Positions 62,771 to 64,000 of a stretch of DNA of 64,000 bases are shown one piece after another. Position 1 is the stretch's first letter, and each line of letters begins with the position of its first letter. The translations under genes were made by a program, and so were the position numbers. The notes under the pieces are model-generated. The model searched no databases, was not told the origin of the DNA, and saw nothing but the letters and a program-made list of their open reading frames with translations. Source of the stretch: Desulfatiglandales bacterium (GTDB taxonomy: Bacteria; Desulfobacterota; DSM-4660; Desulfatiglandales; HGW-15); contig CAXXJJ010000004.1 of assembly GCA_963667015.2 (NCBI GenBank), positions 320,001 through 384,000 on the forward strand, given 5' to 3'.

Positions 62771-63847
62771 ATGGGCAATGTGTTAATGGGTGACCTTGAT
62801 GGGAAAACAGAACGAATAGCCTTTGATACACATGAGATTGAGCAGGTAATAACCAAATATAAGGCCAGTATCGTTTCGGGAAATGATAAGTATGATTATA
62901 TAGAGTATGAAGGGAAGGTTTTTCCTGTTCAGGGAATGCAGGATAAGGAAAATATTAAGCCCTATTTTATTGTTTTGAAATCAGGGACAGCTTATAATGT
63001 CAGCGACTATCAACTGCTTTTTAATACTGAGGAACTTCCTAACAGCCTCCTGTCCGGTATAGATACATCAGGAAAAAAGTTTCTCTGCCATAGATATATA
63101 AATGGTAGTCATAGAGAAGAGTTGGCAGGACATCCAGTAGTTAAAGCCGAAAATCTTACGACCGATGAAACAGAAGACATAAAAGATGTTATCAGCAAAT
63201 TGAGAAAAGGGGAATTCTTTGAGTTGTTGACCATGGAATTTTCCGACAAGATAAAGGGAATAGCCAAGGAACTAATTGATTTCAGAAAAGATATCCAGAC
63301 CAGAATTGAGCCTGATATAGTTGAATTAGCCTCAAGAGATATTCCTGAGGCGAGCAATCAACTTGAGGGGATAAACGAAACCCTTGAAGAGAGCACTATG
63401 CGAATTATGGATATCAATGATGCTCAGATGGATGCGGCAAATACACGATGCAGAGTGCTGGAACAATTACTCGAAAAGCAGGGTGAAGGAGATCTTACAA
63501 TAGGCATCAGCCTTGAAGAAGCCATGGAGGCGCTGGTTGCTCAAATAGATTTTTTAAAGGAAGTTGAACAGCGATCTCTTAACATGATGGAACCTTTAAG
63601 TTTCCAGGACCTGGTAGGGCAGCGTATACAAAGGATCATCAATCTGGTCAGGTCAATGGAAATAAAGATAGAAGAACTGATAGTTTCGTTTGGAATAAAA
63701 TTAAAGAAATATAAAGAAGACCCTGAAATAACATATGAAGAGTTGAATAAAGATGTTGATGAGTTCATGTATGAATTAAAAGGTCCTCAGAGGGCAGGGG
63801 AAGGACTTGATCAGAAAGCTATAGATGATCTTCTTAACAGTCTATAA
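62771..63847 (+). CDS. cheZ: CheZ-like phosphatase with an extra N-terminal domain
   Basis: IPEASNQLEGINETLEEST, catalytic FQDLVGQRI, C-terminal LKGPQ..DQKAIDDLLNSL. Confidence 0.8.
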   Translation: MGNVLMGDLDGKTERIAFDTHEIEQVITKYKASIVSGNDKYDYIEYEGKVFPVQGMQDKENIKPYFIVLKSGTAYNVSDYQLLFNTEELPNSLLSGIDTSGKKFLCHRYINGSHREELAGHPVVKAENLTTDETEDIKDVISKLRKGEFFELLTMEFSDKIKGIAKELIDFRKDIQTRIEPDIVELASRDIPEASNQLEGINETLEESTMRIMDINDAQMDAANTRCRVLEQLLEKQGEGDLTIGISLEEAMEALVAQIDFLKEVEQRSLNMMEPLSFQDLVGQRIQRIINLVRSMEIKIEELIVSFGIKLKKYKEDPEITYEELNKDVDEFMYELKGPQRAGEGLDQKAIDDLLNSL

Positions 63848-63919
63848 TTGAACGATAAAATATAAAGCGGATATTGCAGCTTTTTCACAATATAATAAAG
63901 AAGATATGGAGGATATGAT

Positions 63920-64000
63920 ATGGGATTTGATACGTCAATTAAAGTTTTGGTAGTAGATGATTTTGCCACGATGAGAAGAATTGTTAAAGGGGTTCTTAAG
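63920..64000 (+). CDS. cheY: Chemotaxis response regulator CheY (5' part only)
   Basis: MGFDTSIKVLVVDDFATMRRIVKGVLK; RBS GGAGGA; follows cheZ-like gene. Confidence 0.85.
   Translation, partial: MGFDTSIKVLVVDDFATMRRIVKGVLK

Overview
About 64 kb of bacterial chromosome. Gene content and sigma-54 usage suggest an anaerobic Desulfobacterota-type deltaproteobacterium (inference only). The left part (1-28 kb) is accessory: two MacB/LolCDE-type ABC operons, an AT-rich GT1 glycosyltransferase, a decayed REP-associated tyrosine transposase (RAYT) relic, and a co-oriented run of unrelated genes (four-helix-bundle protein, alpha-2-macroglobulin, GNAT, MFS, GH9). It also holds a TPP decarboxylase, an IS630 element and a DUF169 operon. 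This part is dense in small palindromic repeats: a bipartite REP family, GTAG- and GTCATT-type REPs, and degenerate 7/9-nt periodic arrays arranged as inverted arms, some nested and some apparently translated in frame. The right part is mostly core: phasin/ABC1 kinase, MCP, a MarR-RND efflux operon, HD-GYP/HDOD, ppx-guaB-guaA-gloB, a kdnAB-like pair with nadE, ilvD and rfbBAC, and a sigma-54 chemotaxis cluster (Hpt, STAS, CheA-REC, CheW, CheB, CheR, M23, CheZ-like, CheY). No rRNA, tRNA or CRISPR array was seen. The best candidate for an undescribed system is the RAYT relic/REP-punctuated gene run together with the periodic inverted repeats linked to the four-helix-bundle gene.
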